Assembly (NCBI RefSeq): GCF_001194135.2
Contig: NC_068993.1
Span: 84,817-148,816, forward strand
DNA from: Octopus bimaculoides
Lineage: Eukaryota
Direction: 5' to 3'
Length of the DNA stretch: 64,000 nucleotides
This document shows positions 53,438-64,000 of the stretch, piece by piece (the first letter of the stretch is position 1; every line of letters begins with the position of its first letter). The notes beneath the pieces were generated by a model. That model saw only the letters and a list, made by a program, of their open reading frames with translations, did not search any database and was not told the origin of the DNA. Both the position numbers and the translations under genes were made by a program.

Positions 53438-53641
53438 AATTATTCCAGAATTTTAAAGTATATGCTAGTGATAGGAAAAATATTTCGAATGGAACACTTC
53501 TCTATGAAAATTCACATGCAATTAACCCAAATGGAATTGTAGACATAAATTTCCCTCTGAGTAAATATGGGAATAGACTGTTCATTGTTTTACCAGGAAA
53601 TAATCGCAAATTAAATCTTTGTGAAGTGTTAATTGGTGGCG
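53438..53641 (+). CDS. EGF/FTP gene exon: FTP-like domain, C-half
   Basis: ttttcag acceptor, G|GTAAAT donor, phase 1-1, 204 bp. (K)LFQNFKVYASDRKNISNGTLLYENSHAINPNGIVDINFPLSKYGNRLFIVLPGNNRKLNLCEVLIGG ends with the L.LCEV motif. Confidence 0.85.
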
Positions 53642-56441
53642 GTAAATATATATATATTTTTTTATTATTATTATTTTGCTGATTACATTTACTTAATGTA
53701 TAAGAAATAAAATTCTTGAATTAAAAAAAAAAACCAGTTTACAACTTCTTATTTATTTAACTCATCAACATTTATTTATTTAACTTGTCAACATTTGTCA
53801 GTATTTGTTTAACTTGTCTATATTGTATTTAATTAAACATTATAGTATTTATGTAATTAACCTGTCAATATTATTTTTCATAGTAATTAAAGTATCAATA
53901 TTTAGGGTGGTGAGCTGGAGCTGGCAGAATCATTAGCATGCTAGGTGAAATGCTTAGCTGTATTTCATCTGCTGTTACGTTCTGAGTTCAAATTCCGCCA
54001 AGGTCGACTTTGCTTTTCATCCTTTCGGGGTCGATTAAATAAGTACCAGTTACACACTGGGGTCGATGTAATCGACTTAAATCCTTTGTCTGTCCTTGTT
54101 TGTCCCCTCTATGTTTAGCCCCTTATGGGCAATAAAGAAATAAATATTTATTTAAATAAGTGATTAAAACTATCTTTATCTAATTAACTTGTTAATATTG
54201 TATTTGCATTTTTATTATTTAGTCCTTCTGATTTTGTTTAATTATAATTGTTTATAAACTCATATTTAAGATTCATTTTAAAGACAAAAAAGAATTTTAT
54301 GTTAGAGATCATTTAGAACAAGCCCATTAAAACAATTATAAGTGAGTTTTATTTTAAATGGAATAAATTCTTTTCCCACAGCAAAATAATTAATTTCACT
54401 CTGCAAACTTTTAGCATTTTGCATACACACTATCATCATTATCATTGCCCTCAAATTCTACTCTTTCACTCTACTTTATTAAATTACTAATACTTAATAA
54501 TCTAATTAAGCCAATTACTTGGCAATATTTGTTAAAAATAGAGACAAACTGTGATGATATTTGTAGAAAGAGTTTAGTTATCACCTTAGCCCTAACCTTA
54601 TTTTCTTCTTGGGAAAATAAGTGATTCTTTTAAAAAAAAACAACAAATACTACTGAAGGGAGAATGTCTATGAGAATAACACTTTACCAAAAGACTGTGA
54701 TGTTATAATTTCAATAGAATAGATGTTGGAAACTATAAATTTCTCAAGAATTATCCTAAAATTAATCCTCCAAATAGTGAAATAGAAATTGAAGAGAAAA
54801 TAGAGATTACAATGAAGTCCATTGATCTGTTGCAATGAAGTTGTAGAATAAATCAATCTGGTAAATGTGAGATTTTTAAATTATTTCCACAAAAATACTT
54901 TAGGAACCAACCAATTAGTTACACAACTGGGAGATGACAATTGTACATTGCTATGTCAACATTGGCTTGTTTTACTAAAGAAAATATTTGGAATAGATTT
55001 GTGTTAATAAAAACAAAGAAAATTTTAGATACAGAGAATATCTTTAAATCCCTGAACAGAGAAAGTGTAGAAGATTGTTTTAATAAACACCATTGTTTGT
55101 CTATGAATATTTATGCTTCAACATGATAAATCCACGCTGAACAAAAAGTAGTTTTGATGTGAAAGGATCTTCCACAGCAAACCTGCTTTACTGATTTCCA
55201 TACCCTTTGTTAATCAATGTAAGTCACCAATGGGTAGAACCACTATTACAAAGAGGAAGCATAGAACATAGATAAAGAATCCATGGAATTGATCTATGAA
55301 TTTTCTGAAAATATTGATCGACATAAGTGAGTAACTCAGTTAATCCCTAGAGCAATAAAAGAAGACTTTTAGACTCTTTCAGATGTTTATGCCATCATGA
55401 TGAAGAATTCTGATCTTTTTGACACTGTTAAAAGTAATTAACTAAACTGTCCACATCTGAGACAGTTCTGCCACATCTGGAATTTTTGGTGCTGCTATGC
55501 AAACAAACCCCTAAATTGTATCAAACAAACACTCTCTTAACTTCTGATCCCAGAAATATAGTCTTCTTGCTCTGTCTGCCACTATTATAGTACCTTCTAC
55601 TTTTGAACAAGTTGATCTCCTGCAATCTCCACCCACTTCATTTATCTTTCTTCCTCTCACCACCCCTATTACCTTTCACTAATCATTATTCCCAGTTGTT
55701 AATTACCAGAAAACATCCCACTGGAATTCCATCTCTGTCTATGCAGTCATCAACATAGTCTTCAAGAGGAACATTAAGCATGTCAATCTCATATTTGTCG
55801 GTGGACCTTTCAAGTTTATAGGCACAACTCCTCCCCCAGACCAAAATAGCAAAGGGTTGAACTGTCTGTCTACCTCACCACAACCACATTCTTCTACAAA
55901 AGGAAGTAAACCAATTAGAGGCAATTTCTATTGAACAAACGATGGCGCTATTATATGGTTGTTGATAAACTAAAAGACATGATGGTCACGTCTGGAACAC
56001 CTTTGATTATAGGTCTGCTGGAACAGTGCTGATCTGAGGCTAAACAACAACAACTCCAGTTACATAAACCAATGAGAAAACCTGTCTAAGATTATTCAAT
56101 CTGCTAGAAACAGCAGCCAAACTATTCTCCCTCTTCAATAAGACAAATTGATGGCTCCTTATACCTTTGATGATTACAGCCAGACTGCTTTTGATCAAAG
56201 ATCTACTTAATCAGATGCCAAACAACAGTTTCACACACTTTATCTGTTCTTTATAAACTCATTTCAAGTCATCTTTCATAATTTCATTTTACAGATTAAA
56301 CTTTAAATTGATTTTTATTTCTATATTTTAAGACACATAATTAAGTTTTTGCAGTTATAAATGAATAAACGTACCTCTCCTAATTGTAGTAATTGTAAAC
56401 TTGTTTCATCTTACACTTCCAATTTGTTCTTGATCATTCAG

Positions 56442-56576
56442 ATTGCAACAGTGGCTGGTTTTCTGAAAACTGCAGCAGAGAATGTCACTGCAAGAGACTG
56501 ACAAAATGTAATTCCACTAATGGTGATTGTATTGGTGGTTGTATTCCTGGGTGGAAAGGCAGCAACTGTTACACAA
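56442..56576 (+). CDS. EGF/FTP gene exon: EGF-like repeat 2
   Basis: ttcag / A|GTAAGT, 135 bp. (D)CNSGWFSENCSRECHCKRLTKCNSTNGDCIGGCIPGWKGSNCYT. Confidence 0.92.
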
Positions 56577-57393
56577 GTAAGTCGTCTTTCTGATAAAGTG
56601 TGTGTGTGTGCCTATGCATGCATGCATAGGCACACACACACACACACACACATTGAACCACACACATGCGCACAAACAAACAAAAAGGAACGCAGTGTAA
56701 ATAACGGACAGTCAAGACTATTGAGAAGGTTGTAAGACGCAACGAAAATTTTAGGAAAATAAAAATAAGAAATAAGTGGAAATTTTACCAGTGTGTGTGT
56801 TAAATTATAAGGCACAATAAGAAAATGACTCTCCCCAGACACAACAGAATATACTTCAACACACGAACTCACATAAAGAATCTTGCAAACCAAATCCCAA
56901 AACGAAAATATATGTGCATATATATATGTATGTGTGTGCGTATGTGTGTGTGTGTGGCGGCAGAGAAGGAGGAGGAGGAGAAGAAGAAAAAGATTTGATG
57001 ATTAAAAGCCATTAGAAACAAATTTCTCTAAATATTTCATTTAAACTAAAAAAGTTTTTTAATTATTTTAAAATTGTTGAAAGTTCCAAAGAAATGCAAC
57101 TTCAAGCAATTGAAAATATTTAAAATTTATTATTAATTCTTTAGGTTGATAACTACTTTAATATGTCACTCTACTCACACAAAAATTGTGAAAATTAATC
57201 ATCTTTTTTTTTTTTATTGAATTTTTTATACTTTTTTAAAATGCTGCAACAATATTTGCTGAGAACAAACTTCCTGCTCTCAGCATTGTTCTGATAAATC
57301 TCATATTAGCAACTTGCAAAAAGAGAATAATGAATAACTTTTGAAATATTTGACATTCAATTAAAAATGTTTTAATTTGTTTTAAAATTGTAG

Positions 57394-57531
57394 AATGTTC
57401 AGAAAAAAAATATGGAGAAGATTGTCAGCAATCCTGTTCTTCTGGCTGTCTTGACAGTGTTTGCCATCATATAACTGGTTATTGCACAAATGGCTGCCAA
57501 CCAGGCTACATCGGACATCAATGTGATAGAG
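57394..57531 (+). CDS. EGF/FTP gene exon: EGF-like repeat 3
   Basis: tgtag / G|GTAGAG, 138 bp. (K)CSEKKYGEDCQQSCSSGCLDSVCHHITGYCTNGCQPGYIGHQCDR. Confidence 0.92.
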
Positions 57532-59040
57532 GTAGAGTAGATTTTGAATTCTTTCATTAATTCTCTCTTGACCATATTTTAGTTACAGTTGTTTCTCAAA
57601 ATACTCAATAATCAAAATATTAGACATTCTAATCACAAAATTGTTTGACATAAGTAAAATAGTTAATAATTTGATTATAATGAATGTATATTTATGCTAA
57701 CAAAAAGATTGGTTTGTTTGGTCCCAATATTATTAACATAAAAAATAGCTACAGTAGGATTAAATCTAGTGATTAATAAAACACTAAGTGTCAGTTAATA
57801 TTATTGTTTGGCTGAGCAAATTAGGGGTTCAATTCTGAATGTTTCTGCCTTCTTAGCCATCATCAAGCAAAACTTTTACCGTTGTTTTTAACAGTGTATA
57901 AATAAAAAATATATTGAGTGATGTCAGAAAATAAAAATAATTGATAACAAGTACAATAACCTATCTTTATAGTGCTAAATGATTGCTAAACTATCTCATA
58001 GAGATAAAATACTACAGTTAAAATTGTGGAAACAATTAATTAGATCATTAACAAATTAATTACCTAATTAAAAACAGGACAGCAAGTTGTGTAGGCAATG
58101 TTTACTTGTTAAGTAATAATACGTATTTCAAGACACTTCAGTGAACTTTTTGTTTTTTTTTTGTTTGTTTTTTCTGTCTTAAATTGTTGATTATAAGCTC
58201 TAAAATCTTAGTAATTAATTCTTGTAAGTTTACATTTCTGTGCAGTTCTGCATATAAATATATTGGACAGCAACACAATCTGTTTTTGCAGATAATTAAA
58301 TCAAGTTTCTATTTACTTAAATATTTCAAAACAAGGGAGTAAATGAAGTACTGCTTTGTGTTTGTTGTTTTTTTTTTTATGGTATTAACTAAAGGTCCTT
58401 AATTATTTCACTAAAAAATAACTTATTCATTTTTGTGGTGCCCTTGATGCCCTAAGTACTTCCTTATTTTGCTAAATGGTTAATCCAGTGCTGATCATGA
58501 TAGATATCACCACAAACAGGCCTCAAAACTAACAGTCATCTCAAGCAGCAGACATCACAACAGTAAGTCATGTGACCCTGCCCCTTATTAGTGGTAAATT
58601 ATGTAGAAAACGTCTAAACTTGAAGTATTTTCAAAATGTTGTTTAGAAACCCAAATGAATTTTGTCAGCCAGGAGCTTATTCAAAACTGTAATCCATTAA
58701 AAACAAGTTGCAATCATTGTTGTATAGCTCCTGGCCAACCCTGATCAAAGGTATCCCAGTGATATAACTAACCAATCTTTTTATATAGATACAGAACTTC
58801 AATATCTCAAATATCTTTCTTTTTTAAGATGCAGGAGTTATTTGAGAGTTTTTTTTACTTCTATTTCTAGCAAGTCAAACAACCTCATAGATGCAATACA
58901 TTAATGAAAAGCTGTAATTCATCAAAAACTGGTTTTAGACTAATTAATTGTAAAAAGGATTTTTCTTTTTTTTTTTTTTTCTCTTAAAGCGATGATATTA
59001 TATAGATTTGTGTGCAATTATATTTTCTGCTCCTTTCTAG

Positions 59041-59178
59041 TCTGCTACCGCCATACATATGGCATTGGATGTAATAAAAATTGCAGTGAGACATGCATTG
59101 ACCAACTTTGTCATCATGAAACTGGAAATTGTACAAAAGGCTGTTTGCCTGGTTTCAAAGATAGCCACTGTCTGGCCA
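59041..59178 (+). CDS. EGF/FTP gene exon: EGF-like repeat 4
   Basis: ttctag / A|GTAAGT, 138 bp. (V)CYRHTYGIGCNKNCSETCIDQLCHHETGNCTKGCLPGFKDSHCLA. Confidence 0.93.
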
Positions 59179-59371
59179 GTAAGTATCCAATTGAAACTTC
59201 TTATATTTTAATCATTGTTGTTAACCCTTGTCTGCCAAGATTGGGCAGACTTATGATCAGAGACATTCCATCTTTGACCATCCAATCATTGTTTTAGCTT
59301 TAATGTATTTATGTCTACATTACCTAAAGCCTTGGCTGGGAAATTGGTAGATAGAAACCATGTATAACCCA

Positions 59372-59420
<49 letters not shown>

Positions 59421-59931
59421 CATATCAGATTGAGCTGGCAAGATCAGTGCAATAAACAAAAATACCATTTTGGTATTTGGTTCTGTGCCAGTTACGTCTC
59501 TCTGTCTGAGTTATCTTTTCTAAAAGCACTGAAAGCAGTCCATTGATTGAAAAATAATTGAAAATAAAAAACACTATACACATGACGACACACCTACACA
59601 TGTATAACTACCTACCTACCTGTCTTTCTATCTATCCATCCACTTATATATATATACATATATATACACACACACACACACACATACATTAGCATGAAAC
59701 TGCTATGATATTTTTGTGTCTTTGACTGAAGAGGAAAACTCAGCTGTAAATATTCCGTGTATCATGTCGTCATCTAATTTCCTCTCCATTTAGTTTGCAT
59801 CTACTTTCCCATTTACTCTGCTTTCATCTAACTTTTCTCCTTGTTGTATTCTTTCTGTTCAACCCTTGATACATATGTAAATATTTATATATGTTACTCC
59901 CCATGAACGACTAATTTTTGAGATTCCTGTT

Positions 59932-60022
59932 CATCCTGATGAGGGGGTGGGGGGTCATTGCCGAGATGCACTTTAACTTGTAATCGAACTGTGGCAGTGA
60001 ATTCCCGAAATGGCCATAGATG
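59932..60022 (+). ncRNA. Type I hammerhead ribozyme motif with extended stem II
   Basis: Stem I catc/gatg, CTGATGA (59936), stem II ggg/ccc plus inner tcattgcc/ggcagtga, GAAA (60007), T-ggcc-A, TA. Predicted cut after 60018. Confidence 0.65.
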
Positions 60023-60506
60023 TGTCTGACTTGATTTTGTAGAACTCTCTTACGCTCCTAGACTTCAACCTACCATGGTTTTTATGAAATGAACTTTTTT
60101 GACATATTATTAATTGAGGGGAATAAAAAAACATCTTTTTAATCGATTGATATTTTATTTAGGTTTTTTGTCGCATTACACGCCTTAGAATTTTTAGTTG
60201 ATTATATATACCTTCTTGATAGGCTGTTCTGTATATTTATATTTTTATTTGCATATATATTTTTTACCTTCTGTGTTTTTTATATATGTATTCTTTTTAT
60301 ATGTTAAAAGCCATGGTAATATTTAGATATGATCAAATATATGGAAGCTTGTGGTGTTATATAAAGTCGTCGTTATTTGGTGGAGTTTAAATACTTTGGT
60401 TCAGTCTCCCCACATCCAACTACAGAATGATACAAATTTATTAACTTTAGTAAGAAATCAATATTCAAATTCTTCACAATTTAAAAAAAATTTCTTCCTT
60501 TTACAG

Positions 60507-60644
60507 AATGTAGCCGACATACGTATGGTTACCAGTGTGCTAGGAAATGCAGTGCAAATTGTCTTTATCAAACCTGTAACCACATAAATGGACGTTGTAT
60601 TAATGGATGTATACCAGGTTATCAAGGACACTATTGTAATTCAA
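60507..60644 (+). CDS. EGF/FTP gene exon: EGF-like repeat 5
   Basis: ttacag / A|GTAAGT, 138 bp. (K)CSRHTYGYQCARKCSANCLYQTCNHINGRCINGCIPGYQGHYCNS. Confidence 0.93.
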
Positions 60645-61691
60645 GTAAGTTCTTAGAGAAACCTAAACTGTTCTCACATTGTTTTAATGTGCATTTCACA
60701 TGGTTTGCCATGTCTTCCAAACATTCCCAGCTATTTCACCTGAGAAGCTCCATTCTGCTGAGATTTAACTGAACTGCTTCTTCCCACATCTTTGTCTTCC
60801 ACAAGAGCCATTCCTTTTCTGGTGGATAGCTCTTCTCCATCTCAAATTCATTGTTTCTTAACAATGCAAACATCTCTCTGGTTCTCAGCTGCTGACATCT
60901 TTCATGCCTAGCCATTTATCTCAACTAGTTTTCTACTCCGCCTTTCATCATCACATCATTTCCAATCTTTTCAATTTCCCATGTCACAATCAGGCAACAT
61001 CACACCATTTTCACAATGCTTCATACCGTTTTTTGTCTGCATTTTTGAATGCCTGGCAAACCCTTTTATTGCTAAGAAATAACTCCCTAAGCTTCTATCT
61101 TCTCCTTTTTTTAATTCTAATTATTATAGTCATTCCACCCACCCACCCCTTTCAACTAATTAACCAAACTATCTATAATACATAATAAACCATTCAAACA
61201 ATTCCTGGACTTCAAAGTCATACATATTACTCTTGACCATCTTATTCTGTCTGGTCATCAGATATTCTACTGCACCTTCTGCAAACCTGTTACAGGCAGG
61301 CAGTCCATAGTATTCAGTTCCAAACAATTTCATTGCTTTATATGAAGCAAGGCTTAAATGTTCTCTATTAGTGCTAGCATATTGGTTTTTGTCATGTTGA
61401 CCGTTAACACTTTTTTTAGGATTAAACAAGTTTGAAGATATTATTGTCATCACCACCATCACCAACACTACCACCACCACCGCCACCACCACATTTCTCT
61501 ATTCTCCACACTAAAATTGTAAAAACAAACTTCACCACTCTTGAGATCAACAATAGAAATAGTAACATTGTTTCCTATCAGATTAAAGGGAATTTGTATA
61601 GAAAAGATGTTATGATTATTGTCAAATAAAATAACTATTCTCTAACAAAACAATTTTTTTTCTTCTTATTTTTGTATTTTCTCTCTTGCAG

Positions 61692-61829
61692 CCTGCAGTA
61701 ATAACAAATATGGCTTCCGATGTTTAAACAACTGCAGTAAATTTTGTGTTGATCAGGAATGTAATCATATCCATGGACATTGCACGAAATATTGTAATCC
61801 TGGATACCAGGGTCAACGATGTGATACCT
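61692..61829 (+). CDS. EGF/FTP gene exon: EGF-like repeat 6
   Basis: ttgcag / T|GTAAGT, 138 bp. (T)CSNNKYGFRCLNNCSKFCVDQECNHIHGHCTKYCNPGYQGQRCDT. Confidence 0.93.
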
Positions 61830-61928
61830 GTAAGTTCTTTCAGAATATTTTCAATTATGATCCAAGACTGCTTTATAAATCTTAAATATTTTAAATCAAA
61901 ATCCAGCTTGCCTAACAGGGAAGAATCC

Positions 61929-61984
<56 letters not shown>

Positions 61985-62719
61985 CCATCCCACCCTTGTT
62001 CATCCTTCAGTATATTCATATTTCTATTCCATTTTATACCATCCCTCACTATACACTTTTGCTGCTTCTACCCAACCTCACTTTCTCTTCTCCTCTCCTC
62101 AGGGCCAACTCTGACATCTTCATCTCACTTTCCAGCTCTCCACTCATTATTCCCATCCATTTTTGTACCAATGCATGAGGCCTTGTTTCTCTTCTGCAGG
62201 AAGAAACCTGTTCTGGCTTTTTCCTTCATATGGTCCCAGATTAGATTTGAACTAGCATTCCATTATCATTTGACAATGATAGTGTGCAATGTGTGGTCAC
62301 AGATTTGATTGAGTTTTAAGTTTTATTTGTGAGTTTTGCTAATTTCTTGCTGGTTTACATATCTGAATCTAGTTTGAATTCAGACTGGTTTCATGGATAT
62401 GTCCAGGAATATAAAACACCAGATGATCAATCACTGATCAATCCAATTAAAATGTAAAATAAATTATCTTTTATTTCTTTACTGTTATTAGTTGATCAAA
62501 CAAAGAAGAAATAAACCCTTGTTTGTTTTTGTTAGCAGAAAACTCTTTCCATTGAATAAAGCAAAAAAACATATTGATTGTCACTCATTTTTGTTTTATT
62601 ATGATTTAACTAATTATTTAATTCCTTTCTATCTGGCAAATTTCAAATACATGAATAAATTGTGATATCAACTAGACTATCAAATGGTGTGAAGCACATT
62701 GCTGGTTACAATGTGCTTC

Positions 62720-62925
62720 ACATCATTTTAGCTTTCAAATGGTACCCACCCCTGACCGGAAGACTGCTCTGTTGCCGGGTGACCCATTTACAGCTGAGGG
62801 GACTGGAGCAATGTGAAATGAAGTGTTTTGCTCAAGAATACAGTGCACTGCCAATCTGAGAATCAAACGCACAATCTCATAGTCACGGATGCAACACCTC
62901 TAACTACTTGGCCACACAACTTCAC
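62720..62925 (-). mobile_element. CORE-SINE (MIR-like core), decayed
   Basis: cccatttacagctgaggggactggagc...aagtgttttgctcaagaatacag resembles the MIR CORE reverse complement cccattttacagatgaggaaactgaggc...aagtgacttgcccaaggtcacacag. Confidence 0.7.
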
Positions 62926-63096
62926 ACATGAACAAATGTGCACCATGAAACTAAGGTTCGTTATGGGAAATTATAATCCAAAGAAACTGGCTGCAAAAGG
63001 AAGATATCAGAGTTAACCCTCGAAATATTTCGAAAATATCTTTATTCTCTCCACCTAACAGAATAATAAAAGGTAAAATATTTTTTATAATTTCAG

Positions 63097-63234
63097 CTTG
63101 TGAACATCCATTTTATGGAAGTGGATGCATGACAGTATGCAGTGAACACTGCGTAGATGGAAAATGTCACCATGTCACTGGGTTTTGTAATAAAGGTTGT
63201 GAACCTGGCTATCTAAATCCACTTTGCATCACAG
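63097..63234 (+). CDS. EGF/FTP gene exon: EGF-like repeat 7 (gene probably continues beyond the window)
   Basis: tttcag / G|GTTTGT, 138 bp. (S)CEHPFYGSGCMTVCSEHCVDGKCHHVTGFCNKGCEPGYLNPLCIT. No stop codon is reached. Confidence 0.9.
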
Positions 63235-64000
63235 GTTTGTCAATTACTCCTTTTTTTTTTCCTTATTTCCTTTTATTTTGTAATATTGTCGTTTTTTAGC
63301 TCCATATCAAACCTGATCCGACCCCCTTATTGGCTCTTTGAAGCTTTTTGTTATTTGTTTTACTACCAAGGGTTCAATAAAGTACTTTAGGAAAGTGGTT
63401 ATACACCATTAGGTGTATACCCGCTTCCGTACATTAAATTTCTTGAAGAAACAACGGAACACAGATTCTGAACTATCAACACAACAATATTTATTTACAG
63501 AGGAAATAGGCAGCACTTCGCCCTTTGGTTGCTGAGACGCCGTCAATGATGTTGAGTGGTTATTTGTCTAGCTCCAGAGTTGGAATGTTGGAAAGAGCTG
63601 TCTCCAGAGTTGGAATGTTGGAGACAGACTGCTTGTATGTCTGAGCTCTCCGCCGGCCGACGAGAAAAGAGAATGAATAAGGGCGTGAAGCTTGAATATC
63701 CAATGACCACGCATACGCACGACACTCTTCCTGTATTCCTTCCGGAACCAGTCCCTGCGCATGCGTGGATAAGCTTTCCGGAATGTCTGCTATTAAGGCG
63801 TCACTACAGTACAAAACACATGTCCTCTGTCTGCCTTGATACATTTTCTCTCTCTCTCCTACTCTTTTCTCCCTCTTTCTCACTCTCTTCCCTCTTTTAA
63901 TATCTCTCTTTCAATCTTCTTTACTTTGTCTCATGCAGATCCTTTACACACTGACTACTTTTCACCCTTCATCTATTATTCAAACTATATTTCATGTCCA

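Noticed and set aside
54660-55560. Possible Penelope RT relic (similar pyrimidine-rich relics at about 38200-38700, 45000-45480 and 60700-61160)
   Set aside because: Only faint motif echoes across several frames; not supportable without an HMM search.
59726-59750. CTGAAGA-ggaaaact-cagctg-TA about 200 bp upstream of the 59932 hammerhead
   Set aside because: It lacks a stem II followed by GAAA. At best it is a deleted relic.
61169-61492. 107-aa minus-strand ORF
   Set aside because: It starts in a (GGT)n tract, has no recognisable domain or splice signals, and the + strand has a faint FLD..KP Penelope-like motif, suggesting a shadow ORF.
63414-63843. LTR-like segment TGTATA...GATACA with an internal 21-bp tandem repeat
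   Set aside because: The flanks give no TSD and the right end is uncertain. It is probably a young TE but is unclassified.

Overview
AT-rich, microsatellite-rich, gap-containing animal genomic DNA. It is very probably an octopus; this is inferred from SINE families I recognise and from intron-exon style. No prokaryotic systems are present. The only host gene I can support is a + strand, multi-exon secreted or membrane protein that the ORF track misses. Nine all-phase-1 exons (47793-63234) splice into a 453-codon open frame: one 8-Cys EGF-like repeat, a diverged F-type-lectin (FTP/F5-8C-like) domain, then six more 8-Cys EGF-like repeats (MEGF10/SREC-like). The frame is still open after the last exon, so the gene probably continues past the window end. 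A signal-peptide exon at 9034-9136 splices in frame across a 38.7-kb intron. The rest is a transposon graveyard: Chapaev3, Tc1, mariner, maT-like, hAT, Penelope, Tx1, RTE, ORF1-only LINE-like elements, solo LTRs, MITEs and SINEs. The most unusual signals are (1) up to four type I hammerhead-ribozyme motifs, all on the sense strand of the gene's introns, one of them heading a CpG-rich, hairpin-dense 190-bp element; (2) an ORF1-only (HAL1-like) retroelement family seen as two distant subfamilies; (3) a dispersed 28S rRNA-derived fragment; and (4) an apparent CpG-depletion boundary near 31 kb.
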